Positions 30,024 through 41,058 of a DNA stretch of 64,000 nt are shown here, one piece after another (position 1 is the first letter of the stretch; each line of letters begins with the position of its first letter). The notes under the pieces were generated by a model. That model did no database searches. It saw only the letters and a program-made list of their open reading frames with translations, and was not told the DNA's origin. The stretch comes from an uncultured Armatimonadetes bacterium (lineage in GTDB: Bacteria > Armatimonadota > UBA5829 > DTJY01): the NCBI GenBank assembly GCA_963717145.1, contig OY970325.1:4672001-4736000 (forward strand), read 5' to 3'. Position numbers and translations under genes: made by a program.

Positions 30024-30500
30024 GTGTCGAACTACATCAAGGATCTAAGAGAACTGATCGGTAACAGGCCGCTGATCGCTTGCGCGGCGTGCGTGATATT
30101 CATGGATGACGCGGAGCGAATCTTGATGCAGCGGCGGACCGACAACGGCAGTTGGGGTCTTCCGGGCGGGGCGATGGAGATCGGGGAGGACCTGGAGCAA
30201 ACCGCCAGGCGCGAAGCCCTCGAGGAGGTCGGCCTGACGTGCAATGCCCTCGAATTCCTCGCAGTCCATTCCGGCCCGCAGTTCTACTCCCGATATCCCA
30301 ACGGAGATGAGAGCTACGTCGTTGCGGCTTCGTATCTTTGCCGTGACTACTCCGGGACCCTTGCCGCCGACCAGGACGAAGCGTCGGATGCCCGGTTCTT
30401 CGCCCTCTCGGATCTGCCACCCGAGATCAACCCGGTAGACCACCTCATCTTGGACAGCTTCCTTCGGTTGCGCGCCGTCCCATGCGGAGGCCAACCATGA
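30024..30500 (+). CDS. NUDIX hydrolase
   Basis: WGLPGGAMEIGEDLEQTARREALEEVGL Nudix box. Confidence 0.93.
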   Translation: MSNYIKDLRELIGNRPLIACAACVIFMDDAERILMQRRTDNGSWGLPGGAMEIGEDLEQTARREALEEVGLTCNALEFLAVHSGPQFYSRYPNGDESYVVAASYLCRDYSGTLAADQDEASDARFFALSDLPPEINPVDHLILDSFLRLRAVPCGGQP

Positions 30501-30928
30501 ACACCGAATACCAGATCACCGAAGAAATCCCCGGCATCGATGAATACGAGGCCCTGCGAGCCTCCGTAGGGTGGGGCGGGATGAACCTGAAGAGCCTGGC
30601 AGGCGGGCTGAGGGGCTGCCTGTTGTGCGTGTGTGTCAGGAAGGGCGGTGAACTGGTCGGCTTCGGGCGGGTGCTCGGAGACGGATGCTCCGCGTTCTAC
30701 ATCCAGGATGTCATCGTCCACCCCGACCACCAGAAGAAGGGGCTCGGGAAGGCGATCGTGTCCCGGCTCATCGGCTGGATCGACTCCGTGTGCGCGGAAG
30801 ACACCTTCGTGGGACTGGAGGCGGCACGGGAAGCGGTCGGATTCTACGAGCAGTTCGGATTCAAGGCCCGCCCTCCGGATGCCCCCGGAATGGAACTCTG
30901 GCTCAAACGCCGCCAAGTCGGGCGCTGA
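30497..30928 (+). CDS. GNAT family N-acetyltransferase
   Basis: IQDVIVHPDHQKKGLG...FYEQFGF. Confidence 0.92.
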   Translation: MNTEYQITEEIPGIDEYEALRASVGWGGMNLKSLAGGLRGCLLCVCVRKGGELVGFGRVLGDGCSAFYIQDVIVHPDHQKKGLGKAIVSRLIGWIDSVCAEDTFVGLEAAREAVGFYEQFGFKARPPDAPGMELWLKRRQVGR

Positions 30929-30982
30929 ACTGCGGCTGAGTGATGGCACTCTCAGCGCCCTTCCCCAACACGGCTGAAGCGG

Positions 30983-31738
30983 TCAGGGTCGGTAGGCTGG
31001 GGACGCGATCAGTGTACCCGACGGGCTAAGCAGCCCGCGAGGCCTTTCATCCCAAGTCTTGCCCTGCAAGTCCCGGCCTGTCTTCTTCTTGTTGACGCCG
31101 CCCCACTGTTTGAAGAAGAACGGAACGGCTGTCTCAATGCATTGGTCCCGAAGCTCGGTAACCCATTCCTCTGACATCGTCCGCGCCTTGGGGCCTGATT
31201 CGCCACCAGCAATCACCCAGTCGATACCAGTGAGATCCAATGCCGATAACGGCCCAAGCAGGGGCTCGCACGACAGAAAACGGCTTCGGGCTCCCGAAGC
31301 TACCAAGTCCGTAGTCCGGTCGATGAAGTCTCCGCACTCAACCGTGACCCCCATCCATATGTTGTCAGTCCATATTAGGCGTTCGGAGAGTTGGAGCAGT
31401 CGGTTCGAGCGCTTGGTGAGTATCTGAAAGCGGTGCCACGTAGCTCGGTTCATGGTGGAAAAGACCCGCTCGATGAACTCGAACGGCACGTCCTCGTGGA
31501 ACAGATCGCTCATGGAGTTCACGAAGATCAACTGGGGCTTGCGCCATCGAAGCGGCAAGTCCACGGCGTGAGGATGACAAGTCACCTCGAAACCATTCCT
31601 GTAGTTCGGTTGGCCCATCGCCTGCAGACGCAGGGCCATCGGCCTGGCATAGCAGTTCTGGCATCCGAGACTTATCGGTGTACACCCAGTCACCGGATTC
31701 CACGTCGCTTCCGTCCACTCAATCTTAGATGTCCGCAT
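30983..31738 (-). CDS. Phage Gp37/Gp68 (DUF5131) three-Cys radical-SAM-like protein
   Basis: IEWTEATWNPVTGCTPISLGCQNCYA, FVNSMSDLFH, FQILTKR, GGESG, FFFKQWGG. Confidence 0.93.
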   Translation of the reverse strand: MRTSKIEWTEATWNPVTGCTPISLGCQNCYARPMALRLQAMGQPNYRNGFEVTCHPHAVDLPLRWRKPQLIFVNSMSDLFHEDVPFEFIERVFSTMNRATWHRFQILTKRSNRLLQLSERLIWTDNIWMGVTVECGDFIDRTTDLVASGARSRFLSCEPLLGPLSALDLTGIDWVIAGGESGPKARTMSEEWVTELRDQCIETAVPFFFKQWGGVNKKKTGRDLQGKTWDERPRGLLSPSGTLIASPAYRP

Positions 31739-32894
31739 GTTCGTCGCCTTTGTACTCGAAGAACGCCTTCACTGTGCTATGCTTGTAGCATTCCCATGAG
31801 ACGTAGAACGCACCTCTTCTGAGCTTCTCATTGCCAGGCGCTGGTTTCACTTCCAAGCTACGTGAATCCTGGAGTTCCTTGAGCACCGTATTCATGTGAT
31901 ATGGAAGAAACCCCGACCGCAGGCAGAATCGGTAAAGATCCAGGTTATCACATTGCCCGCCGCTCATGTACTTGATCGTGTCTCGGCGGAATCTGTCATA
32001 CTTCCTCGGTACGTTCTCCGCCTCGGACAGCGAAAGCTGACCCTCCCGAATAGCATCCCGGTCAATATTGAAGTTCGCCTCGCCCGTGACTTTGTCCTTG
32101 TTCCAGCAGACTCTCAGGAACTTCTCGAGTCCCAGCAGGCTGCCACTGCCGAAGATCAGTCCGTAGATGTTCCCCGACTCATCCTTTTTTATCGAGAACG
32201 GGGCAAGGTAATATTCCCTGTCCTTCGGAATCCACCGCTGGTAGTAGTCTGCGATGAACCGATGGATGTCATTCGGTGGGACGGCCTGTATATCTTCCCT
32301 GGGAATCGGGAAGCGCTGCTGGGTCGATTCCTCATCCACAAACCGTCTTATGAAGGAGGAGGAGATGAAGATTATGATGTCAGTTGTTGAACAGCCGGCT
32401 AGTTTCGAGAATACCGCCTTGTCAATCTGACTGTACCCGCACTGGTCCAAGATCACAAGATTGGCGCTGTCTTTGGCTTCGATATCGGCCAGTTCCTGTG
32501 CCAGAGCCTGCTGAAAATCCATGTTTTCGACACAAACGGAGAATACGGGGTGCTTTCCGATCTTCGCCAACTCATGCTTCAGTCGATCGGTATTCTCACG
32601 CTTTGCATCGTTGAAGAACAAGCCTACCTGTACACCGGCCGTCTTTTGCCTCGCGGGATCATCCAGATACCGCGTGATCTCATCGATGATGATCAGCGGG
32701 CTGCCTGGATTGCCGCTAGCGTCACATCCAGGACCTGAAAAGAAATCGTAGATATTGACATGTTTCCACCGACTCGATGGAGTGAGGAATACGGGAATCC
32801 ACTCCTGCAGATATCCCCGGAATATCTCCAGCTTCAGTCTAGTGGCACTGTCGAACTGCCTGTCATGGAACCTGCCCTGCGCAATACGCGTCAT
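31725..32894 (-). CDS. tcmP: Three-Cys-motif partner protein (methyltransferase-like plus wHTH)
   Basis: KLEIFRGYL..W, YDFFSGPG...GSPL, ILDQCG; overlaps the DUF5131 gene, the known pairing. Confidence 0.82.
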   Translation of the reverse strand: MTRIAQGRFHDRQFDSATRLKLEIFRGYLQEWIPVFLTPSSRWKHVNIYDFFSGPGCDASGNPGSPLIIIDEITRYLDDPARQKTAGVQVGLFFNDAKRENTDRLKHELAKIGKHPVFSVCVENMDFQQALAQELADIEAKDSANLVILDQCGYSQIDKAVFSKLAGCSTTDIIIFISSSFIRRFVDEESTQQRFPIPREDIQAVPPNDIHRFIADYYQRWIPKDREYYLAPFSIKKDESGNIYGLIFGSGSLLGLEKFLRVCWNKDKVTGEANFNIDRDAIREGQLSLSEAENVPRKYDRFRRDTIKYMSGGQCDNLDLYRFCLRSGFLPYHMNTVLKELQDSRSLEVKPAPGNEKLRRGAFYVSWECYKHSTVKAFFEYKGDEHADI

Positions 32895-33206
32895 GCAAAC
32901 CGCTCCGTTCCGGAAGTGGCTTGTTCCTCGAAGATCGAACGCTCACAACCTAACTCCCCGTATTATAGCACACCGCTGATAGCACATGCGACTGTTGCAC
33001 AGAGCACGGGCGCATTTCCGTAGAGTGGGTCAGCCTCTCGTTATGCCACCAGAGTGGCTACTCGAGGAGAACGGTTGGGTGGTCTGCCAAGGTTCCCAAG
33101 CCCCAACCGTCTAGTCTCGAGTAGGTTTCTCTGGAAACCATAACGAGAGACGGTCGCCACCCACTCAACTCGAATGCACCCACAGAGCACGGGCGATGCC
33201 CGTCTG

Positions 33207-36200
33207 CTATCCCGTTCGCTCGATCACGATGATCGCCGTGTCGTCCCGGCGATCTCCGCCTGACCACTCGGTCGATGCCTGGACGAGCGCCTGAACGATC
33301 TCCTCGGGGGGACGCCCGCCGTTCTCCTTCACCACGCGCTCGATGCCTTCGCGCCCGAAGAGGTCCGAGGTGCGTCTCGCCTCGTGCAGGCCGTCGGTAT
33401 ACAGGACCAGCTTGTCCCCGACCTCCATGTGCGCGCAATCCTCCTCGTACCGATGCTGATCCAGCACCCCGAGGATCAGCCCCGCCGTCTTCGAGCCAGT
33501 GCACCTCACCCGTCCCCGCATGATAGATGGCGGGCGGGGGATGTCCCGCGCTGGAATAACACATGCGCCCGTCGGAGTCCAGTGTCACGAGGAGGAGAGT
33601 GAGGAACAGCGACGGGTCTTCCTTCGCGTCCTTGAGCACGTTGTTCGTATGACTGAGCGCCTCGTCGGTAACGTTGAGGTCATAGGTGAAGGCCCGAGCC
33701 GTGCTGCGGGCGGCGGCGGCAAGCGAGGCGGCGGGTATCCCCTTGCCGGATACATCGCCGATGAGGGCGGCCATCAGGCCTTTCTCGGTCGGGAAGAGAT
33801 CGTAGAAGTCGCCGCCGATCTCCGCTCCGGGTATCGGCAGGTATGTCGAGGCGATCTCGTAGCCGGGGAACTTCGGCGTCTTATCGGGCAGGAGCGCCCG
33901 CTGGAGGAGCGAGTAGTTGCGCGCCAGCGCCTCCTCGGTCCGCTTGCGCTCGGTGATGTCCTCCACAACGACGTTGATGGCGATCACCTCGCCGGACTCG
34001 TCCTTGATCGGCATCCATTGCTCGACGAACGTGCGCATCACGCCCGGCTGGGCCGGCGTCGTTCCGCTCAACTCAAAGTCGGCAACGCCTTCGCCTGACT
34101 CGAAGATGCGGCCCGCAAGCTCCTCGAACAACGAGGCGATATTCGGCAGCACTTCGCGTACCGTCCTGCCGATATGGTCACTGGCAGGAATGCCGTTGAG
34201 TCCCGCCAGCCGCTCATTTATGCGCACATAGCGCAAGTCTCGGTCAAATATGGCCAGCCCGACATGCGCGCCATCATAGATGGACTCGATCTCCTTTAGC
34301 TGTGCCCGGCTTCGTTCCTCGCTCTCCCTCAGCGCCTCCTCGGCCTCCCTGCGCTCCTCTTCGCGCAGCTTGCGTTGAATCCAGGCGTAGAGCACGGGCG
34401 CAACCCGGGCGGCAAGAGCGTCCAGGCTCTCACGGTCTTCTTCGGTGTATCCGCCTTCCTTGTTGGCCAGGTTCAGGAGTCCGATCGCCTCCCCTTGGAA
34501 CAAGATGGGCGTGGCCAGATTGCTGTAGATGATCGGATGACCGGGCGGCACACGCGGCGCCTTGTTCGTGAAGAGCGAGCGCTTCTCCGTCAGCGCGCGG
34601 GCCCACAGGCCGTTCCATTTCTCGGGCGGGTAGTGAATGCACTTGCCCTCGATCTCGCACTCATCCAGCATCTTCGACAGGCTCGGGCAAGTCAGATGGC
34701 CGGGCTCCGAGATATAGCCGAAGACTCCGTGCGTGCTGTCCATCTCCTCCTGAACCACGGCCAGCGCATGGTCGAATATGGCGTCCCCCTCATACTCGAC
34801 AAACGCGCGCAGGACGCGGTTGGCGAACAGTGTCCCGTCATGCTCCTTCCGCTCTCTCTCCTCGGCCTTCTTTCGCTCGGAGATATCAGAGACGTTGAGC
34901 GTCGCCATCAGCGGATTGCCGCTATCATCCTTCACCAGGCCGCCATAATAATCGAAGATACGCTGCCAATCCCTGTCGATACGCCGGACTCGTATCTCCC
35001 GGTTACGTATCTGCTCGCCGCGCAGTATCCGTGCCATAGGCCACTGATCCACTGGTATGAGCCTGCCGTCCAACTCCGAGAGCACGAAGGTATCGTCAAG
35101 CTCTGTCAGCAGCCGCTCTCCTTCTTCCGCGTTGGAGTATCCATGCATAGTTACTGAGGCCGGGTTCCAGTAGACCAGGCGGCCGTCGAGGTCGGCTACG
35201 ATCAGGCCTTCGGCGAGGCTATCAAGTACCGTCTGGAGCTTGGCCTTTTCCTCCTGGACGGCGGCTCGGACGGCCGCCTCGCGATCATACGCGGCGGCCT
35301 TCAGCCGGCCCCGACGATACGACTCGGCGACGGCGCTCATGAACAGCCCCATGCCGGTGAAGACGATCAAGCCCAGACGGTCCACAGGAGCTATTATGCC
35401 GAACTGACCGGTCGGCGGCAGGACCCAATACCACACCAGCGCGCCCGCCAGGGCCGTCGCCAGCAACCCCGGCCGGAAGCCGGCCATGACCGCCACCGCC
35501 ATGACCGCCGGGTAGAACGTGATGTATGTGGGCAATCCGGTGCCGACGCTCTCCGTCAGCGCCACCCGCAGTCCCATAGCGAGGCAGACCATCACGATCG
35601 CCAGCCCGTAGCGCAGGACCCATCCCAGAGTCGTGGGCTGCTCGAGGCTCGCCAGGAGACCACGCTCTCGCCAGGCTTCCTCGATATGCTCCATCGGGAT
35701 TCGCTTGGTACTGCTCCCTCTCAGCGAGGCCAGCACTGCGAAGACCATGTACAGCGTGCCCACGAACTGCGTGGACCGCGTGACCCATTGCAGGGGAGAG
35801 TCTACGATGGCAATCAACGCGGACCCCCCGAGACCCGTGGCCAGCAACACCAGGCCCAGCGCGTACCACTGGAGGAATGGGGAGGGCTTATGGCGATTCG
35901 TCTGCCGGAGAATGCCCGCCGTCACGAGAAAGAGCATCACGGCCAGGCCGACAACAACGGTGCGCAGGAGCGTCCCGCCCTGGCCCTCGACGAAGAAGGC
36001 CGGCATCCGGCCCGTGAACGCGAGCCGGACGATCAGGGCCATAACCGCCATGCTGCCCGCATAGGCGACTATCAACCAGGGAACGGCCCGCGTCGCTCGT
36101 ATCTTGCGGCGGGAGGCAACGACCACGCCGGTGAAGTGGCAGAGGGCGCCGAGTAGGGTAGATGTGTTGTAGACCGCGAAGCCCGCGCTCATCTCCCCCG

Positions 36201-36498
36201 TACCCAATGCCACCCGTATGGCGACCACCCCGATGTCCATCATCAGGATGCCGCAGCCGAGCATCAGGACGCTGGGCTGCCGACCAGACAGAAAACTATA
36301 CGCCGCCGGAATGGCAATGAACGCAATCCCTATTGCCACCGACCCATAGTGGAGGAGCCAGATCATGGCGGGCGAATGCCCGACAACCTGCAGGTTCGCC
36401 ACCCAAAGCGCCAGGATCGCCGCCAGGAGTATCGGGATCGGAAGCCACGCCCATCGGCTCAGACGGCTCATCTTATTGCTCGCGGGCTCGATGCTCAT
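33207..36498 (-). CDS. Membrane sensor with PAS and GAF domains and a SpoIIE/PP2C phosphatase; apparent frameshift near 33490
   Basis: LQRALLP, GGDFYD, IGDVSGKG, SAGHPP; tail LVLYTDGLHEAR...FG...DDTAII lies in ORF 33207-33521. Confidence 0.88.
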
Positions 36499-39400
36499 GA
36501 CGCCGCCTTCTCAATCAGCAGCGGCTCGGCCGTGACGGGCTCGAGGCTGATCTCGATGCCGACGGTCGTGCCGCTCTCGTCCGTCGCAAGGTAGATCTTG
36601 TCAACGAACTGGATCATCATCTTGTAGCCCATCCCCAGAGTCCCCGCCGTCGAGTATCTGTTCCGCAGCGCCACATCCGGCAAGGCGAGCGCCGGGATGC
36701 CCGGTCCCCGATCGGATACAACTACTATAAGCGAATCCCCGGTCTGATGCAAGGACGCTTCTCCGCCGCTTGCATGCTTTACGGCATTGGTGGTGGCCTC
36801 GCCGACCGCGACTATCAGCTTCCCGAGCCTCGGCTCCTCGATGCCCGCTGAGACGGCGATCTCCTGGACCCCATGCCGCACCGTTCCGATATCCTTCGGG
36901 CTGCGAATCTCCCACGATGCCACGCTCGGCCCGGCGATCCGCTCGATCTCCGTCCTGTCCGCGATCGAGAGCTTGCCGTCGGTGGCCGCGAGGATCGTGC
37001 GCTGATAGAACTCGAGCTTGTGATCCTGCTCCTCTCTCACCGCGGCCTCGGCTTGCCGCAGCTTCGTCGAGTCGTAGTAATAGCAGACTACGCCGTATTC
37101 CCCGCTGGGCAGCTTCATGCGATGAAGCTCCCACTCGTATGACTCGACGATCTCCACGTCGTGGCGCGGGTTGGTGAAGCGCGGCGAGTAGTAGGGTTCG
37201 CCGGTCTCAAGGGTGTGGCGGAACAGAGCGAGGATGCCCTCGGCAACGTCGTCGGGCCACAGGATGTGCATCGCCTCGGTGAAGTCTCGCCCGATCACAG
37301 GCCGCACGTTTCGGAACGCGTCGTCCTGCGAGTTGGTGTTCATCTGCGCTATTCGGAACTGAGAATCAATCAGATAGACTCCGAACGGTGCGCGCTCGAT
37401 CAGCTCCGAGAAGGTCTGCTCGCTCTGCCTGAGCGCTTCCTCCGCCTTCTTGCGCTCGGTGATCTCGCGGCATGCCACGATCGCGCCGACGATCTTTCCG
37501 TCCTCGTCCTTGATCGGCGCGAAGTTGTAGCTGCCCCACCAAGTCTCCCCGCTCTCCTTGCGCCGCAGCATGTACTCGACATCGGATGCCATCTCTCCCC
37601 GGAGGGCGCGGGGCATTGCCCACATCTCCGGCGGCGCGGGGGTCCCGTCCTGGAAATAGGCTTCGAGATACTTGGGGCAGTCAGCGATCGTCCTGCTGCA
37701 CTCTTCCCGGTCCTTGAAACGATGGTAGCGGACGAATCCCTCGTTGAACTCGACTAGACGCCCCTCCGTATCGGCGATGAAGATCGCCTCAGTCATGCTC
37801 GCGAAGGCCGCCTGCAGTTTCGTTCGGCTCTCCCTCAACGCGTCCTCGGTCTTCTTGCGGTCGGAGATGTCGGCGGTGATACCGCCTACCGCGTATATCG
37901 TCCCCTGCGCGTCGCGAAGCGGGAACTTCGTCGTAAGCCAGGTAATCGAGCGGCCTGGTAGCTCGCTGTACTCCTCGAACTCCAGGGCTTTCCCCGCCTC
38001 GATCGCCTGCCGATCGTTTGCCTCGTGCCGGTCCGCGTCGGCCTTGGGCATGAACTCGTGCCGTCTTCTTCCGATCATCTGCTCCGGCGTGGAGTCCAGC
38101 AGCTCTGCGAGTGCCCTATTCACCATCAGAAAGCGCTCTTCGAGATCGAGGGCATAGACAAGAGACGTGGCGTTGTCGATTATGCTCTGGATCTGCCTCT
38201 GAGCCGCGGCGAGCGCCTCCTCCGCCTGCTTGCGCTCGGTGATATCGCGGACCGAGGTCACGCCGAGAATAATTTTGCCATTCGCATCCCGAACCGGACG
38301 GCCGCTATTACTTCCGATGAACCGCTTGTTGATCGAGGGAATGTATTGTTCCAGTTCCCAGTCTGAAAAAGTTTCACCTCGCAACACGCGAGAGGGAGGC
38401 CATTCCTCCGGAGGAAGCTCACAGCCATCCATCGTCCGCACTTGTACATCCGCATAGTCACTCAGATGTCTAAGCATCTGCTCTTTCATTTCGTAGCCAT
38501 ACAGCTTCGCAGTTGCATCGTTAATCAGCGCCAAACTGCCATCCGTATTCCAAACCCCGACCGCCTCATCCAGGCTCTCGATGATGGCCAACAACTGCTT
38601 CCGTTCCTTTTCAAGCTCTTCCTCGGCCTGCTTGCGGTCGGTGATATCCATGTTGACGCCGATCATGCGGAGCGGCTCGCCGGATTCATCCCTGAACACC
38701 TGCCAGCGTGCGGCCAGCCAGTGGATGCTGCCGTCGGGCCAGACAACTCGCCATTCACCTTCCGTCGTCTCGCCCGTCTGGATGGAATGCTCTACGAGGC
38801 GCGTGGCATTGGCGCGGTCGTCGGGATGGATGAACTCCTGCCAGGCACTCGCCGTCCCGGCGAAGCCGCCCGGTCGGAGGCCGTACATCGCCTCCAACTC
38901 CGGCGTCCATGTGTTCGTGTCCGTCCGAATGTTCCACTCGAACGCGCCGAGGCGGGCCGCCGAGTGCGCCAACCTCAGCCGCTCCTCGCTCTCCCTCAGC
39001 GCCTCCTCGTCCTGGCGGTGCGCGGTGTCCGAGCGGCTGAGGTCGCGGGCGCTCCGCCAGAGGACGGCGGAGAAGATCAGGATCAACGCGACGACAAGCA
39101 GCCCGGTCCTCGATCCTGTTATCCCGAGCCCGGCGTACTCGAACTGCATCTTCGCGTGGCCGAGTACCAGGGGAACGACGATCAACCACGGGAGCATCCG
39201 GCGGAGGAGCTTCCCGCCCGCATCGTCCCGCAGGAGGAGCGCCATCGGGCCGCCGTCCGTCCGGCTGAATACCAGCCCGATGCCCAGGGATATCAGCGCG
39301 ATGACCGTCGGCCAGGCGATGTGCGTCAAACGGGGTTGCGCGAAGAAGGTTCCGACGCCGTAGAGGAAACCGACCGCCGGGATCAGGTTGATCATGGAGA

Positions 39401-39881
39401 TCGCCAAGCCCAGATACGGCGCGATCCTGCGCCTTCCGGACGCAAGACCCAGCAGGCCGATGCCGAGGAGAGTGAAACTCACCGATGCCGGTGGGCCGGG
39501 TCGGTTCGGGCTGCTTGTGGAGACCGCCCCGGGCGCTTCCGTCGCCAGGAGCTGGTCTATCCCGAGATTCCAGCCGAAAAGGTGCTGGCTCAGAGTGAGG
39601 GCGCCGATCAGAAGGATTACGACCGCGGCCACGGTCCCCACCGTCCGCCGCGCGGTATTCGGTCGTCCCGCGCTCAGGAGCACCAGGGCCAGACCGCCGA
39701 GAAACAGCGCGAGGGCAGTGTTCGTCTTGACGGTGAGAACCCCGCCCGCCGACCAATGAGCGCCGTACCCGGTGAACCACGCGACGAGCCAGAAAGCGCC
39801 GATGAGGATGGCGATCGTGCCTGCGAGGCGGATTCCCCAGCGGACGACCGGCGGCTGCGATGGTTGATCAGTCGAGTTCAT
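36495..39881 (-). CDS. Membrane multi-PAS sensor with C-terminal RsbW/anti-sigma-factor-type ATPase
   Basis: N-terminal TMs; five PAS/PAC units; VGEATTNAVKHA, SDRGPGI, GMG; no HisKA H-box seen. Confidence 0.85.
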   Translation of the reverse strand: MNSTDQPSQPPVVRWGIRLAGTIAILIGAFWLVAWFTGYGAHWSAGGVLTVKTNTALALFLGGLALVLLSAGRPNTARRTVGTVAAVVILLIGALTLSQHLFGWNLGIDQLLATEAPGAVSTSSPNRPGPPASVSFTLLGIGLLGLASGRRRIAPYLGLAISMINLIPAVGFLYGVGTFFAQPRLTHIAWPTVIALISLGIGLVFSRTDGGPMALLLRDDAGGKLLRRMLPWLIVVPLVLGHAKMQFEYAGLGITGSRTGLLVVALILIFSAVLWRSARDLSRSDTAHRQDEEALRESEERLRLAHSAARLGAFEWNIRTDTNTWTPELEAMYGLRPGGFAGTASAWQEFIHPDDRANATRLVEHSIQTGETTEGEWRVVWPDGSIHWLAARWQVFRDESGEPLRMIGVNMDITDRKQAEEELEKERKQLLAIIESLDEAVGVWNTDGSLALINDATAKLYGYEMKEQMLRHLSDYADVQVRTMDGCELPPEEWPPSRVLRGETFSDWELEQYIPSINKRFIGSNSGRPVRDANGKIILGVTSVRDITERKQAEEALAAAQRQIQSIIDNATSLVYALDLEERFLMVNRALAELLDSTPEQMIGRRRHEFMPKADADRHEANDRQAIEAGKALEFEEYSELPGRSITWLTTKFPLRDAQGTIYAVGGITADISDRKKTEDALRESRTKLQAAFASMTEAIFIADTEGRLVEFNEGFVRYHRFKDREECSRTIADCPKYLEAYFQDGTPAPPEMWAMPRALRGEMASDVEYMLRRKESGETWWGSYNFAPIKDEDGKIVGAIVACREITERKKAEEALRQSEQTFSELIERAPFGVYLIDSQFRIAQMNTNSQDDAFRNVRPVIGRDFTEAMHILWPDDVAEGILALFRHTLETGEPYYSPRFTNPRHDVEIVESYEWELHRMKLPSGEYGVVCYYYDSTKLRQAEAAVREEQDHKLEFYQRTILAATDGKLSIADRTEIERIAGPSVASWEIRSPKDIGTVRHGVQEIAVSAGIEEPRLGKLIVAVGEATTNAVKHASGGEASLHQTGDSLIVVVSDRGPGIPALALPDVALRNRYSTAGTLGMGYKMMIQFVDKIYLATDESGTTVGIEISLEPVTAEPLLIEKAAS

Positions 39882-40065
39882 GGTTCATCCGTGCTCTGAG
39901 CGAGAAAGCGCATCCGGCGCTGATGGCCTGGATGCATCGGCGGCGCTGGGATGGCTGGTGTGTCGCCTACTCCTTTACCCGCGAACTGCACACCCGAAAC
40001 CGCTGAGTCTGAAGATGACTGACGGTGGGCTCGCAGACCACGCCTTGGGTACTGCAAACCGGGAC

Positions 40066-40195
40066 CCGTCAGTCCTGAGTATGCCGGTGAATGACGGCAT
40101 GTAACGAAGGACGGCCTTGCTGCACCGAGGTTGGGTGGAGATGCGACCGCCCTTCGTTACATGCCGTCATTCACCGGCATACTCAGGACTAGCGG
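40066..40195. repeat. REP-like family F long palindrome
   Basis: AGTCCTGAGTATGCCGGTGAATGACGGCATGTAACGAAGG and its inverse. Confidence 0.9.
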
Positions 40196-40222
40196 TGTGC
40201 TTGTTCGCGGCATACTCAGGAC

Positions 40223-41005
40223 TCACTTGCCTGGCACGCCTATGACCACCACCGTCGGGCGATGATCCGAAGTCCCATCCGTCAGCTTGGCCGGGATCTC
40301 GCTGCCTTCCCTAATGTCGTCCGCGAGCGACTTGGAAGTCCAAATCTGGTCAATCCGCTGTCCGACCGGTGGAGCGATGACAAACCCTGAAGCCCGAAGC
40401 GCGTCAGTGCTCTCTCTCTGGACCCCGTACTGGAAGTTCGCGTCGCCCATCATCACTGCCAGATGGGATGAATGCGGCTTCATCTGCTCGGCGAGATACC
40501 GTATCTCGCTCAACTGGCTCTTTGGTGACCGCAGGAGGTTGAAGTGCGCCACGAAGACATCGAGCGTGCGTCCGTCGGGAAGCTTCAGTCGTGCCTGCAG
40601 GGCCGCGCGGGTGAAATGGTCGGGAAACCCCTTCGCCGAGATGATGGGAAGCTTGCTGAACAGCGCGACGTTGAAGCGGCTCTTGCCGGATTTCGCCACG
40701 TAATAACGCATGCCCAGTTGCTTTGCGACCTGCTTTGCCACAGCATTGTCGTTCTTCTCCCACGAGCAGGCCTCCTGGATGCCCACTATGTCGGGGTTCA
40801 CGTACTTGATGACCGAGATCACCCGGTCCAGGCGGTTGCCGATCAGCTTACCCACGGTGTCTCGCTCGACGATCTTCGCCTCCGCCGGATCGACCCCCGC
40901 CCCGTACGCCACGTTGTAGGCCATCACGGTGAGCTTTGTGCCGTCGGAGGCATATGCCGACACGGAGAGAATAACGAGCATGATGAAAGCAAGATATCGC
41001 CCCAT
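40223..41005 (-). CDS. Endonuclease/exonuclease/phosphatase family protein
   Basis: Signal peptide; YNV, GIQE, GDAN, IDQI, SDHRP. Confidence 0.9.
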   Translation of the reverse strand: MGRYLAFIMLVILSVSAYASDGTKLTVMAYNVAYGAGVDPAEAKIVERDTVGKLIGNRLDRVISVIKYVNPDIVGIQEACSWEKNDNAVAKQVAKQLGMRYYVAKSGKSRFNVALFSKLPIISAKGFPDHFTRAALQARLKLPDGRTLDVFVAHFNLLRSPKSQLSEIRYLAEQMKPHSSHLAVMMGDANFQYGVQRESTDALRASGFVIAPPVGQRIDQIWTSKSLADDIREGSEIPAKLTDGTSDHRPTVVVIGVPGK

Positions 41006-41058
41006 AACCTGTTCCTTTCCCGCCTGTTGGAACGATACGGCCCCGAGGTGAGGCGGCC

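Noticed and set aside
29563-30928. Integron cassette array (NTase, NUDIX, GNAT)
   Set aside because: No attC-like RYYYAAC...GTTRRRY sites and no integron integrase; two of the genes overlap.
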